This document shows positions 1-8,564 of a DNA stretch of 64,000 nucleotides, one piece after another; the first letter of the stretch is position 1; each line of letters starts with the position of its first letter. The translations under genes were made by a program, and so were the position numbers. Source of the stretch: Candidatus Pacearchaeota archaeon (lineage in GTDB: Archaea > Nanobdellota > Nanobdellia > Pacearchaeales > JAPDKA01); assembly GCA_038817835.1 (NCBI GenBank), contig JAWAZI010000001.1:44948-108947 (forward strand). The letters are read 5' to 3'. The notes beneath the pieces are model-generated. The model saw nothing but the letters and a program-made list of their open reading frames with translations, did no database searches and had not been told where the DNA came from.

Positions 1-734
1 TTTATTTTGTTATTAATTAATTGATCAATATTTTCATTATTTTCATAAACACCATTTACTAATGCAAAATCTATATTGTGTTCTCCAAATTTTTCTATTT
101 TTCCTCCAGCTCCAATAGCAAGTAAAGCAAGCAAATTATTAATTTCAAAATAACTTGAAACATTAGTGTTTGTGATAGTATTTTGATTCGTTATTATTTC
201 AACTCCATTTTCAGTTTTAGTTTCATTATATAATTCTTTATTTTCACTATAACTTATATCGTAAATGTTTGATGAATTATTAGAGATACTAAATTGGAAA
301 GAGTTTCTTAAATTTTTTCCTTCAAATCTAAAGCAACCACCAACATTATTATTAGTAATTGTATTTTTTTGTATAGATGAAAAATATTCGTTTACTTCTC
401 TATAATAATTTCCTCCTTCCTCTATAGATTTAAAATTTGTATTATAATTTTCTCTTGTTTTTCCTTGTTGATTTTCAAAAAATATATCACAAAAACTCCA
501 TGATAAACCAAGAGTTCCTAGATTTTTACTTCCATCAAAATTTTCTGAATTGAATTTTTCATGATTTAATAGATAAAATATCTTTAAATTGTTTATATCA
601 AATTTATGGAAAATTTCTATTTTTTTATTTTGTAAATGATTTTCAAATTTACTAATTATTTCAGAACCATTTATATTTCCTAATAAAAATAAAGGTAAAA
701 ATAACTTGATAAATTTACTTTTTAGTGATACCAT
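1..734 (-). CDS. hypothetical secreted protein; 3-prime end runs off the left window edge
   Basis: Minus-strand frame opens at ATG 734 (MVSLKSKFIKLFLPLFLLGNINGSE..., signal-peptide-like). It stays open to position 1. It is absent from the supplied track because it is edge-truncated. Asn-rich, no family recognised. Confidence 0.45.
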   Translation of the reverse strand, partial: MVSLKSKFIKLFLPLFLLGNINGSEIISKFENHLQNKKIEIFHKFDINNLKIFYLLNHEKFNSENFDGSKNLGTLGLSWSFCDIFFENQQGKTRENYNTNFKSIEEGGNYYREVNEYFSSIQKNTITNNNVGGCFRFEGKNLRNSFQFSISNNSSNIYDISYSENKELYNETKTENGVEIITNQNTITNTNVSSYFEINNLLALLAIGAGGKIEKFGEHNIDFALVNGVYENNENIDQLINNKI

Positions 735-803
735 TCTAAAATTAAAATATTTATTTTTTAAACTTTTTCTTTTTATTTTATTACCAAATGATGCTAAACA
801 ATG

Positions 804-1118
804 CTAAATAGCCCTTATTAATTTACAATCCCTATTTAATTCAACAAAATGGTTAGCTTTGCCTTCTCTATAATTTTTGCATTGATTTTCATATAAATTA
901 TCTATTTCTTCTCTAGGCCAACTTGCTATATCACAAACCCAATCATCAATATGCCATTCATATAAATCAGATAGACATTGACTAACAAGATTTAATTCTT
1001 TTTTTGCTTTTTCACAAAGTTCTATGCATTTCTCTATTGCTAAATCTTTATTTGTTTCCTTTTTACAACCAAAAAATAAAACAAAAAATAACAATATTAA
1101 TATTAAAAATTTTTTCAT
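804..1118 (-). CDS. small Cys-rich putative lipoprotein (lipobox-like FFGC)
   Basis: N-terminus MKKFLILILLFFVLFFGCKKE is a hydrophobic signal ending in a G-C lipobox-like cut site. The mature part has 7 further Cys. No family recognised. Confidence 0.6.
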   Translation of the reverse strand: MKKFLILILLFFVLFFGCKKETNKDLAIEKCIELCEKAKKELNLVSQCLSDLYEWHIDDWVCDIASWPREEIDNLYENQCKNYREGKANHFVELNRDCKLIRAI

Positions 1119-1151
1119 TAAAAATAAAAATTTTTGAACTAAAAAATTTTT

Positions 1152-3212
1152 CTATTGTGATAAAGCTGCATTAATTAAATTATCTGGCCATCCAGCATTC
1201 TTTAATTTATTTCTTATTTCTTCATCACTCATTCCTATGTTTCTTGCTTTTTTTACATAATCTATTAATTCTGATGGTAATTCTTCTTCTACTTTGATTT
1301 CAATACCTTTTCTTCTTGATAAAAGTAAGATTAAAATTACAACAATAATTATTATTAAAAGTAATATTAATCCTAAAAATGGAAGATATTGTTGTAAATT
1401 TTTTTCTTTCTTTTTTGGAACAGTTGGTGGTGCTTGTTGAACTTCACAAGCTTGAACAGTTTGAGGTTTATCATATGTTGTTCCACAATTATTTAGATCT
1501 ATACATTCTCTAGTTTGAATTCCAGTATCCGGATCACAAATACTCCATTCTGAACATTGCCAATTTTCTATACATTGATATTGACAAGGTTTTGATTCTG
1601 TTGGCTTAATTAAAGATTGTAAGCAATTATAATTTCCCCCACAACCAGTTGTATTCCACCATTCAATATCAGATTGACTACAATTATTAATATCAATACA
1701 TGTTCTATATTGATAATTATTTGGTTGACAATCTTCCCAATTACTACATACCCAATGAGGGAAACAATATGATGGAGCACCTCCTCCACCACCACCTCCT
1801 CCACCAGTAGCACATCTATTTCCACTGCATCCATATTCACACTCTCTAAGTGGAATATAATGATCATCTAATTTAATTTCATCTGGAGCAAGATTATTTT
1901 CTACTAATTTTTTTATTACTTCGTTATAGCTATAGCAATAAATAGAAAAACCAAAAGTAAAGTCAATAGAAGCACTTGGACATGGATCTATGATTGGATT
2001 AACAGACCCCTGCCTATTTGATGCTATGTCTGATGCTATGTTACTTGCATTTATACATTTTCCATAGGCATCTTCTCCTTTATATATTAACCAAACTTTT
2101 TTTGTTTTATTATATTCAGTATTATTTACACAAACATAATTCCAGCTACATTCAATATTTTTTATACTAACATTAGTTTCTATACTATTTATTTCTACTT
2201 CATGGATTTTAGAATAAGGTGGTGGTACACCAATAGAAAAATTTACAGGTTCCTTAGATGGTATAGATGGAGGTATTGATGGGCATGGGCATTCTCGATA
2301 GCAACTTACTTGCGTATTTCCTTGACATATTGCAAAACATGCATTTGGATAAGTTATATTATCTATTCCACATACAGGACTCCAATTAATAGCATAATTG
2401 GTACATATAGTTATATAAGGTAGATTTGGTTGGTCCTGAGGAATTTGTTGTGCCATTCTACAAATTGGATTTGAGAAATTCCATGGAGTTTCCCATCTAT
2501 AAACTAATCTAAATGTTATATTAGCTTTTCCATCCCTATTTTTATCTATTAAAGGTATATTTAATTTTTCTAAATTAATAGTGTATATATTCGAGAAACC
2601 AAAACAAGAATATTTATTTATACATTGTTGTAGAGCTTCTTCATCAGAAGGAGACCAATAACATGAGGTTATATTTTTACATATACATATTTGATTTATT
2701 ATATTAATTCCATCTGGACATAAAAATTCTTTTATTTGACCAGCAGAGCATGATGTTGTTGCTGTTAATTTTGCTGGTTTTTCAGATTTAGCTATGATAT
2801 TTATTCGTGGTAAAGATTCACACCAAGTAAAACCCCAACCTTTTTGTGCAGGAGCTTTACCATTAACATTTCTAAAAACACCAAAACTTAAATTTCCTTT
2901 TCCAGCTTGATCACTTAAATTTATTATTTCTGCAAAAGTTAAATTTTTTACATTTATTCCTTCAACATAAATTTCAAAGGTTGCATTAACAGGAATTAAA
3001 TCTTTATGTGTATTATTTTTATTTAATGAAATAAACAAATTTCCCTTTAATTTTTCTCCAGCATAATATCCTTCTTGAAGAGAAGGTTGAAATACAATAT
3101 TTGCTGTTATTCCTTTATTATAAAAAGGATAAAGAAGAAAAAAGAAAAATAGATATAAAAATATTAATAAAAAAATTATTAAAACTGGGTTTATAGGAGA
3201 TTTTTCTTTCAT
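1152..3212 (-). CDS. large Cys-rich surface protein: N-terminal anchor, Kazal-like module, poly-Gly linker, two TSP1-like WxCSxW repeats, C-terminal TM and short cytoplasmic tail
   Basis: 686-aa ORF. Hydrophobic N-terminus. PVCGIDNITYPNAC resembles the Kazal signature. G9 tract. CFPHWVCSNWEDC..YRTCIDINNC and CIENWQCSEWSICDPDTGIQTRECIDLNNC repeats. TM LPFLGLILLLIIIIVVILILLL followed by a basic/acidic tail. Confidence 0.8.
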   Translation of the reverse strand: MKEKSPINPVLIIFLLIFLYLFFFFLLYPFYNKGITANIVFQPSLQEGYYAGEKLKGNLFISLNKNNTHKDLIPVNATFEIYVEGINVKNLTFAEIINLSDQAGKGNLSFGVFRNVNGKAPAQKGWGFTWCESLPRINIIAKSEKPAKLTATTSCSAGQIKEFLCPDGINIINQICICKNITSCYWSPSDEEALQQCINKYSCFGFSNIYTINLEKLNIPLIDKNRDGKANITFRLVYRWETPWNFSNPICRMAQQIPQDQPNLPYITICTNYAINWSPVCGIDNITYPNACFAICQGNTQVSCYRECPCPSIPPSIPSKEPVNFSIGVPPPYSKIHEVEINSIETNVSIKNIECSWNYVCVNNTEYNKTKKVWLIYKGEDAYGKCINASNIASDIASNRQGSVNPIIDPCPSASIDFTFGFSIYCYSYNEVIKKLVENNLAPDEIKLDDHYIPLRECEYGCSGNRCATGGGGGGGGGAPSYCFPHWVCSNWEDCQPNNYQYRTCIDINNCSQSDIEWWNTTGCGGNYNCLQSLIKPTESKPCQYQCIENWQCSEWSICDPDTGIQTRECIDLNNCGTTYDKPQTVQACEVQQAPPTVPKKKEKNLQQYLPFLGLILLLIIIIVVILILLLSRRKGIEIKVEEELPSELIDYVKKARNIGMSDEEIRNKLKNAGWPDNLINAALSQ

Positions 3213-3288
3213 TTTAATTAAAATTTTTATAATTTTTTCTTTAAAAATTTTTGTATTAAAAATTTAAAAAATTCAAAGTATTATTTTT

Positions 3289-4176
3289 TTGATGAGTTTT
3301 AAAAAATTTAATAAAATATGTAATGATATAAAAAAAGTTAAAATTCAAGGTGCAGAAAATATTGCAAAAGCAGTTTTAGAGGCATTAAAAATAAAAAATG
3401 ATAAAAATGCAATAAAGAAATTAATCTCTTTAAGGCCAACAGAACCTGCAGTAAGAAACACAATCGCAAAAATTTTAGAAAAAATAGAAAAAGGTTTAAG
3501 TTGGGAAAAAGCTATAGAAGAAATGAAGGAATATTTTGAAATATCAGATAAAAAAATTTGTGAATATGGAGAAAGAATTATAGAAAATAATTCTATTATT
3601 TATACTCACTGTCATAGTTCTACAGTTGAAAAAACTTTAAAGTTTGCAAAAAAATTAGGAAAAAATTTTACTGTTTATATTACAGAAACAAGACCTTTAT
3701 TTCAAGGTAGAATCACTGCAGAAAATTTAGCAAAAGCAGGAATAAAAGTTGTTTTAGGGGTTGATAGCAATGCATTTAATTTTTTAAAAAAAGCAGATAT
3801 GTTTTTATTTGGAGCAGATGCTATAACAAGTGAAGGAGATATAATAAATAAAATTGGTACAGCTATGTTTACAGAAATTGCTCAAAAATTAAATGTTCCC
3901 TGTTATTGTTTAAGTTTGAGTATAAAATATGATCCTATAACTAGATATGGCTATCAAGAAGAAATAGAACAAAGACCAGCAAAAGAAATTTGGAATAAAA
4001 AAATTAAAAATTTAAAAATAGTAAATCCAGCTTTTGAGATTGTTAAAGCAAAAAATATTAATGCTATTATTAGTGAATATGGTATTTTAGCTCCAACAGC
4101 TTTTGTAGAAATAGCAAATAAAGAATTTGATATTAAAAAGTTAACATCTTTAAAAAATGGTTTATGGAGGATATAA
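3289..4176 (+). CDS. ribose-1,5-bisphosphate isomerase-like protein (eIF-2B alpha/beta/delta family)
   Basis: eIF-2B-family blocks (TETRPLFQGR, GADAITSEGDIINKIGT). Overlaps the RuBisCO gene immediately downstream by 20 nt. Functional call relies on that context (archaeal AMP/nucleoside salvage pathway). Confidence 0.75.
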   Translation: MMSFKKFNKICNDIKKVKIQGAENIAKAVLEALKIKNDKNAIKKLISLRPTEPAVRNTIAKILEKIEKGLSWEKAIEEMKEYFEISDKKICEYGERIIENNSIIYTHCHSSTVEKTLKFAKKLGKNFTVYITETRPLFQGRITAENLAKAGIKVVLGVDSNAFNFLKKADMFLFGADAITSEGDIINKIGTAMFTEIAQKLNVPCYCLSLSIKYDPITRYGYQEEIEQRPAKEIWNKKIKNLKIVNPAFEIVKAKNINAIISEYGILAPTAFVEIANKEFDIKKLTSLKNGLWRI

Positions 4177-5458
4177 ATTTATAGAGAAAAAATACAATCT
4201 AAGAGAAACAGATTTAATTGCTTTATTTTATGTTGATCCTGCCAAAGGGATTAGTTTCGAGAAAGCACTAGAAGCAATAGCATCTGAAAGCTCGGTTGGA
4301 ACATGGACAAAATTAAAAACAATACAAGAGAAAAAGCAAAACAAATTAAAAGCAAAAGTTTTTTGGTATGACAAAAAAAAGAAACTATGTAAAATTGCTT
4401 ATCCTATAGAACTTTTTGAATTATCTAATATACCACAATTGCTTAGTAGTGTTGCAGGAAATATTTTTGGTATTAAAGCAGTAGAAAATTTAAAACTTCT
4501 TGATATTAAGTTACCAAAAATTTATATTAAATCTTTTGAAGGACCTGAATTTGGAATTATTGGAGTTAGAAATTTATTTAATGTTAGAGATAGACCATTA
4601 CTTGGGAGTATAATAAAACCTAAATTAGGTTTAAATGCTAGTGAACATGCTAAATTAGCTTATAAAGTTTGGGTTGGAGGGGTAGATATAATTAAAGATG
4701 ATGAAAATTTAACTAATCAACCTTTCAATAAATTTGAGGAAAGAATTATTAGAAGCTTAGAAGCAAGAGATAAAGCTATAAATGAAACAGGAGAAAGGAA
4801 AGAATATATGCCAAATATAACAGGACCTATAGATTTAATGATGGAAAGAGCCGAATTTGTAAAAAATCAAGGAGGAAATTATGTTATGGTAGATGTTGTT
4901 ACTGTTGGATTTTCTGCTTTACAGTTTTTAAGAAAAATAACAGGAAAATTAAAACTTGTTATACATGCTCATAGAGCAATGCATGCAGCTTTTACTAGAA
5001 AAAAGAATCATGGTATAAGTATGCTTGTTTTAGCAAAACTTTTAAGGCTTGTTGGTGTTGATCAATTACATATTGGCACTATAGTAGGAAAGATGGAAGG
5101 TTCAAAAGAAGAAGTTTTAGAAATAAAAAAAGAAATTGAAAAAGAAATTATTGATGAAAATATTAAAGCTAAAGTTTTATCTCAATTTTGGTATAATATA
5201 AAACCTGTTTTTCCTGTTGCTTCAGGTGGATTACATCCAGGTGTAGTTGAAGATTTAGTTAGATATTTTGGTAAAGATATCATAATTCAAATGGGAGGCG
5301 GCATTCACGGACATCCAAAAGGAGCTTTATATGGGGCAATTGCCGCTAGACAAGCAATAGATGCTATAATGAAAGGAATAAAAATTAAAGAATATGCAAA
5401 AACACATAGGGAGCTTAGTATAGCTTTAAAAAAATGGGGAAAGAAAAGAGTAAAATAA
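4157..5458 (+). CDS. rbcL: ribulose-1,5-bisphosphate carboxylase large subunit, form III-like
   Basis: Diagnostic RuBisCO blocks: IIKPKLGL, GGVDIIKDDENL (carbamylated Lys context), HAHRAMHAAF, GGLHPG, MGGGIHGHP. No small subunit nearby. Confidence 0.95.
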   Translation: MVYGGYKFIEKKYNLRETDLIALFYVDPAKGISFEKALEAIASESSVGTWTKLKTIQEKKQNKLKAKVFWYDKKKKLCKIAYPIELFELSNIPQLLSSVAGNIFGIKAVENLKLLDIKLPKIYIKSFEGPEFGIIGVRNLFNVRDRPLLGSIIKPKLGLNASEHAKLAYKVWVGGVDIIKDDENLTNQPFNKFEERIIRSLEARDKAINETGERKEYMPNITGPIDLMMERAEFVKNQGGNYVMVDVVTVGFSALQFLRKITGKLKLVIHAHRAMHAAFTRKKNHGISMLVLAKLLRLVGVDQLHIGTIVGKMEGSKEEVLEIKKEIEKEIIDENIKAKVLSQFWYNIKPVFPVASGGLHPGVVEDLVRYFGKDIIIQMGGGIHGHPKGALYGAIAARQAIDAIMKGIKIKEYAKTHRELSIALKKWGKKRVK

Positions 5459-6078
5459 ATAAATCAAAAATATTTTTTATTGATTTTGATGGAACTCTTG
5501 TTGATAGTTGTGAAGCTCATTTAAGATCATTTAATGAAATATTTTTGAATAATAATTTGCCACCAATATATTATTATAAATTTATAAAAATTTTTGGTTT
5601 AAGAACAGAGAAAATAATAAAAAAATTATTTCCAAAATTAAATGATAATAAAATAAAGAAGTTAAGAAATGAAAAAAAGAAAATATTTTTAAAGAAATAT
5701 TATAAACTAGTAAAAATTTTTCCAAATGTTAATTCAACTCTAAAAAAATTGAAGGAAGACTGTTTTTTAATTTTATTTACAAATTCTTCTCGAGAAGAAA
5801 TTAAAAAAATAGCAAAATATACAAAATTAAGATTGGATTATTTTGATATGATTATAAAAAAAGAAGAAATCAATAAAATAAAAAATAAAATTGGAAAAAA
5901 TAAAGAGAAATTTATTGTTGGGGATAGTTTTGTTGATATTTTATATGCAAAAAAAATTAAAGCTGAATCGATAATTGTGATGAATAAAGATAATAAAAAA
6001 ATTTTAGATGAAATAAAAAAATATAAACCAAATTATATTATAAAAAGTTTTGAGGATATATTAAAAATATCAAAATAA
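5434..6078 (+). CDS. HAD-superfamily phosphatase (phosphoglycolate phosphatase-like subfamily IA)
   Basis: HAD motif I FIDFDGTLVDS, motif II ILFTNSS, motif IV VGDSFVDI. Overlaps the rbcL 3-prime end by 25 nt. Confidence 0.8.
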   Translation: MGKEKSKINKSKIFFIDFDGTLVDSCEAHLRSFNEIFLNNNLPPIYYYKFIKIFGLRTEKIIKKLFPKLNDNKIKKLRNEKKKIFLKKYYKLVKIFPNVNSTLKKLKEDCFLILFTNSSREEIKKIAKYTKLRLDYFDMIIKKEEINKIKNKIGKNKEKFIVGDSFVDILYAKKIKAESIIVMNKDNKKILDEIKKYKPNYIIKSFEDILKISK

Positions 6079-6088
6079 TAACAAAATT

Positions 6089-6376
6089 TTAGAAACTGTA
6101 AATTTCTTTTAATTTTTTTTCTAATTCATGATAAATTTGCTTAGGATTTTTATTTTCTTCCTTTGCTTTTTCTATGCTAACTTTGCTTAATATTTTTTCT
6201 ATTACATTTAATTTATATCCTTTCTCTTTTTTTCTTGATATTGTAAACTTATTGCCTTTATAATTTAAAATTGGTTCTCCAGATTTTGTTAATCCTTCAT
6301 ATTCTATTTCTAATAATTCTAAAATTTTTTTTAATTTTTCTTCAGAAATAAATTTTGGCATAAAAATTATAAACAT
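6089..6376 (-). CDS. hypothetical small protein
   Basis: 95-aa ORF. Likely start is the internal MPKFISEEK (about 6361). Weak YcfA/HicA-like layout but the catalytic His is not seen. No confident family. Confidence 0.4.
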   Translation of the reverse strand: MFIIFMPKFISEEKLKKILELLEIEYEGLTKSGEPILNYKGNKFTISRKKEKGYKLNVIEKILSKVSIEKAKEENKNPKQIYHELEKKLKEIYSF

Positions 6377-6393
6377 AAAAATTTTAAAATTTT

Positions 6394-6879
6394 ATGTCAC
6401 TAATTACAGGTGCGAGGCAAATTGTAATTATAACTACAAGAGCAAAAATAAAAAACAAACTCAAGGATAATGCTATAACCATAGCTTGGCATAGCCAATT
6501 AAGTTTTGATCCATATCTTTATGGCATAATTATAGGAAAAACTAGATATAGTTATGAATTAATAAATAAAAGTAAAATTTTTTGTGTTAATTTTATATCC
6601 TCAAAATTGAAAGATTTAGCTTTATTTTTTGGGAGAACTTCTGGAAGAAATATTAATAAATTGGAAAAAGTTGATGTTGAAAAATGTAAAAAAATTGATT
6701 GTTTAAAATTAAAAAATGCTTTAGCATGGCTTGAATGTAAAGTTATTAAAAAAATAGATATTGGGGATCATTGCCTATTTGTTGGAGAAGTTTTGAGTGA
6801 GGAAATAAATAAAAATTATAAAATTGAAAGAGAAAAAAGGATTTTTCATGTTTATGGTAATTTTTTTAAAATATTTTAA
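6394..6879 (+). CDS. flavin reductase-like (FMN-binding split-barrel) protein
   Basis: Pattern VIITTR...ITIAWHSQLSFDPYLYGIIIG...IFCVNF...GDHCLFVGEV is typical of the flavin reductase-like domain. Confidence 0.6.
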   Translation: MSLITGARQIVIITTRAKIKNKLKDNAITIAWHSQLSFDPYLYGIIIGKTRYSYELINKSKIFCVNFISSKLKDLALFFGRTSGRNINKLEKVDVEKCKKIDCLKLKNALAWLECKVIKKIDIGDHCLFVGEVLSEEINKNYKIEREKRIFHVYGNFFKIF

Positions 6880-6902
6880 TTAATTTTTAAAAAAGAGGCG
6901 AA

Positions 6903-8564
6903 ATGAGAATAAATATTTTAATTGCAGGTGAAGCCGGGCAAGGAATTGACAAATTATCAGATTTAATTTGTAAAATTATAGCTAGTAGAGGCTTATATGT
7001 TTTTAATTATAAAGATTATCAAAGCTTGATAACTGGTGGTATAAATTTTAATGTTATAAATATAAGTAACCAAAAAAATTTTTGCTATGATAAAAAATAC
7101 GATTTTGCAATATTTTTAGATAAAAAACTAATTAATTTATTTTTGAAAGATATAAAATATAAAGCTATAATAATTGGAGAAAAAGGAATAAAAGATGAAA
7201 TAAAATCAAAAAGATATAAATTTATTGAGGTTGATGTTGATAATTTAATAAAGAAATATAATCTAAAAAAAATAGTAAAGAATACTATTTTTCTTGGAAT
7301 TATAGCAAAAATATTTGGATTTGATAAGGATTGTTTCAAAATAGTTCAAGATAATTTTGAAACTTTAATTAAAGATAATACTTTAGCATTTGAGATAGGT
7401 TATAATTATGAAAATAAGATTAAATTTAAATTACCAAAATATAAAAGGAATATATTTTATTTTAAAGGAAATGAAGCAATAGCAAAAGCATTCGAGGAAA
7501 CTATAGATATATATTTTGCATATCCTATGACTCCTTCAACATCCCTTTTACATAATTTAGCAAAAGATAAAATATTTACATTCCAGCTAGAAAGTGAGAT
7601 AGCAGTTATAAATGCTGCTTTAGGAGCCAGCTTTGCTGGAAAAAGAGTTGCTGTAGGTACTAGTGGTGGAGGATTTGCTCTAATGAATGAAGCTTTGAGT
7701 TTAGCTGGAATGGCAGAATTACCTATAGTTATTTATGTTGCTATGCGTTATGGCCCATCAACAGGTGCTCCTACTTATAGTAGCCAGGGAGATTTGAAAT
7801 ATATTATTAATGCTGGCCATGGAGAATTTGCAAAAGTTGTTTTAAGTTTAGATGGAAATAATATTTTTCAACAAGTTATAAATGCTGTATATTTGGCTTA
7901 TACTTATAGAATCCCAGTTATTTTAATTGGAGATAAAATAATTGCAGAAAGCGGATATAGTTTTAATGAAGCAGAAATAAAGAAATTTATAAATAATGCA
8001 AAAAAAATAAGAGAAAGATTAGAAAAACAAAATAAAAAACTGAAGAAAAATAATAAATTAATAAAAAATTATCCATTCAATAATCCATTTTTTATTCTGC
8101 CTAAACTAGGAGAGCATATATTCAAAGTTACAAGTTACGAACATGATGAATATGGTTTTAATAAGGATGATGTAGAAACTATTAAAAAAATGGGAAAAAG
8201 AAGAAAAGAGAGAATCGAAAGAATAAATAAAATAATAAAAAATGGTTATAGTATTTATGGAAATAAAAATTCTAAAAATTTATTGATTGCTTACGGAAGT
8301 GTTGCAAATAGCCTTATAGAATTTTCAAAAAATAAAAATTTTAAAGTTATTGCAATAAATTGTTTAAAGCCTTTTCCTGATATAAGCAAAGAAATAAAAA
8401 AAGCAAAAAAAGTTTTTGTATTTGAAGATTCATTAACATGTCAGCTTGCAGATTTAATTAAAGAAAATTGTTGTATAGAAATAAAAAATAAAATAACTAA
8501 TCATACTGGTAGAATTTGGCTTGTAGAAGATATTGAAAATATGTTAAAATGGAAGAAAATTTAA
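6903..8564 (+). CDS. 2-oxoacid:ferredoxin oxidoreductase, fused gamma-alpha subunit
   Basis: N-terminus INILIAGEAGQGIDKLS is the gamma-subunit signature. From about aa 185, GNEAIAKAF...AYPMTPST...GTSGGGFALM...PIVIYVAMRYGPSTG is the alpha subunit. Confidence 0.9.
   Translation: MRINILIAGEAGQGIDKLSDLICKIIASRGLYVFNYKDYQSLITGGINFNVINISNQKNFCYDKKYDFAIFLDKKLINLFLKDIKYKAIIIGEKGIKDEIKSKRYKFIEVDVDNLIKKYNLKKIVKNTIFLGIIAKIFGFDKDCFKIVQDNFETLIKDNTLAFEIGYNYENKIKFKLPKYKRNIFYFKGNEAIAKAFEETIDIYFAYPMTPSTSLLHNLAKDKIFTFQLESEIAVINAALGASFAGKRVAVGTSGGGFALMNEALSLAGMAELPIVIYVAMRYGPSTGAPTYSSQGDLKYIINAGHGEFAKVVLSLDGNNIFQQVINAVYLAYTYRIPVILIGDKIIAESGYSFNEAEIKKFINNAKKIRERLEKQNKKLKKNNKLIKNYPFNNPFFILPKLGEHIFKVTSYEHDEYGFNKDDVETIKKMGKRRKERIERINKIIKNGYSIYGNKNSKNLLIAYGSVANSLIEFSKNKNFKVIAINCLKPFPDISKEIKKAKKVFVFEDSLTCQLADLIKENCCIEIKNKITNHTGRIWLVEDIENMLKWKKI

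Noticed and set aside
1779-1805. Poly-glycine-encoding tract considered as a slippage-prone simple sequence repeat (phase variation).
   Set aside because: The codons are a mixture of GGT/GGA/GGG (cctcctccaccaccacctcctccacc on the plus strand), not a homopolymer or perfect short tandem repeat. Slipped-strand switching is not supported.
1610-1867. Many 60-140-aa ORFs in the supplied track lie antisense to, or nested within, strongly supported genes. These are 1610-1867, 7085-7339, 12233-12517, 14205-14399, 16143-16349, 16270-16479, 17983-18198, 18927-19169, 19905-20090, 22227-22421, 27024-27452, 27648-27830, 27949-28242, 36760-37035, 41762-42013, 43234-43440, 45773-45967, 46331-46528, 48602-48811, 49057-49332, 51805-52041, 53072-53287, 53257-53448, 54005-54193, 56975-57385, 59809-60018 and 63051-63299.
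   Set aside because: Each overlaps a gene with clear family motifs on the other strand or frame. Their translations are low-complexity F/L/I/S/K strings, as expected from reading AT-rich coding DNA in the wrong frame. None has its own motif or intergenic space.
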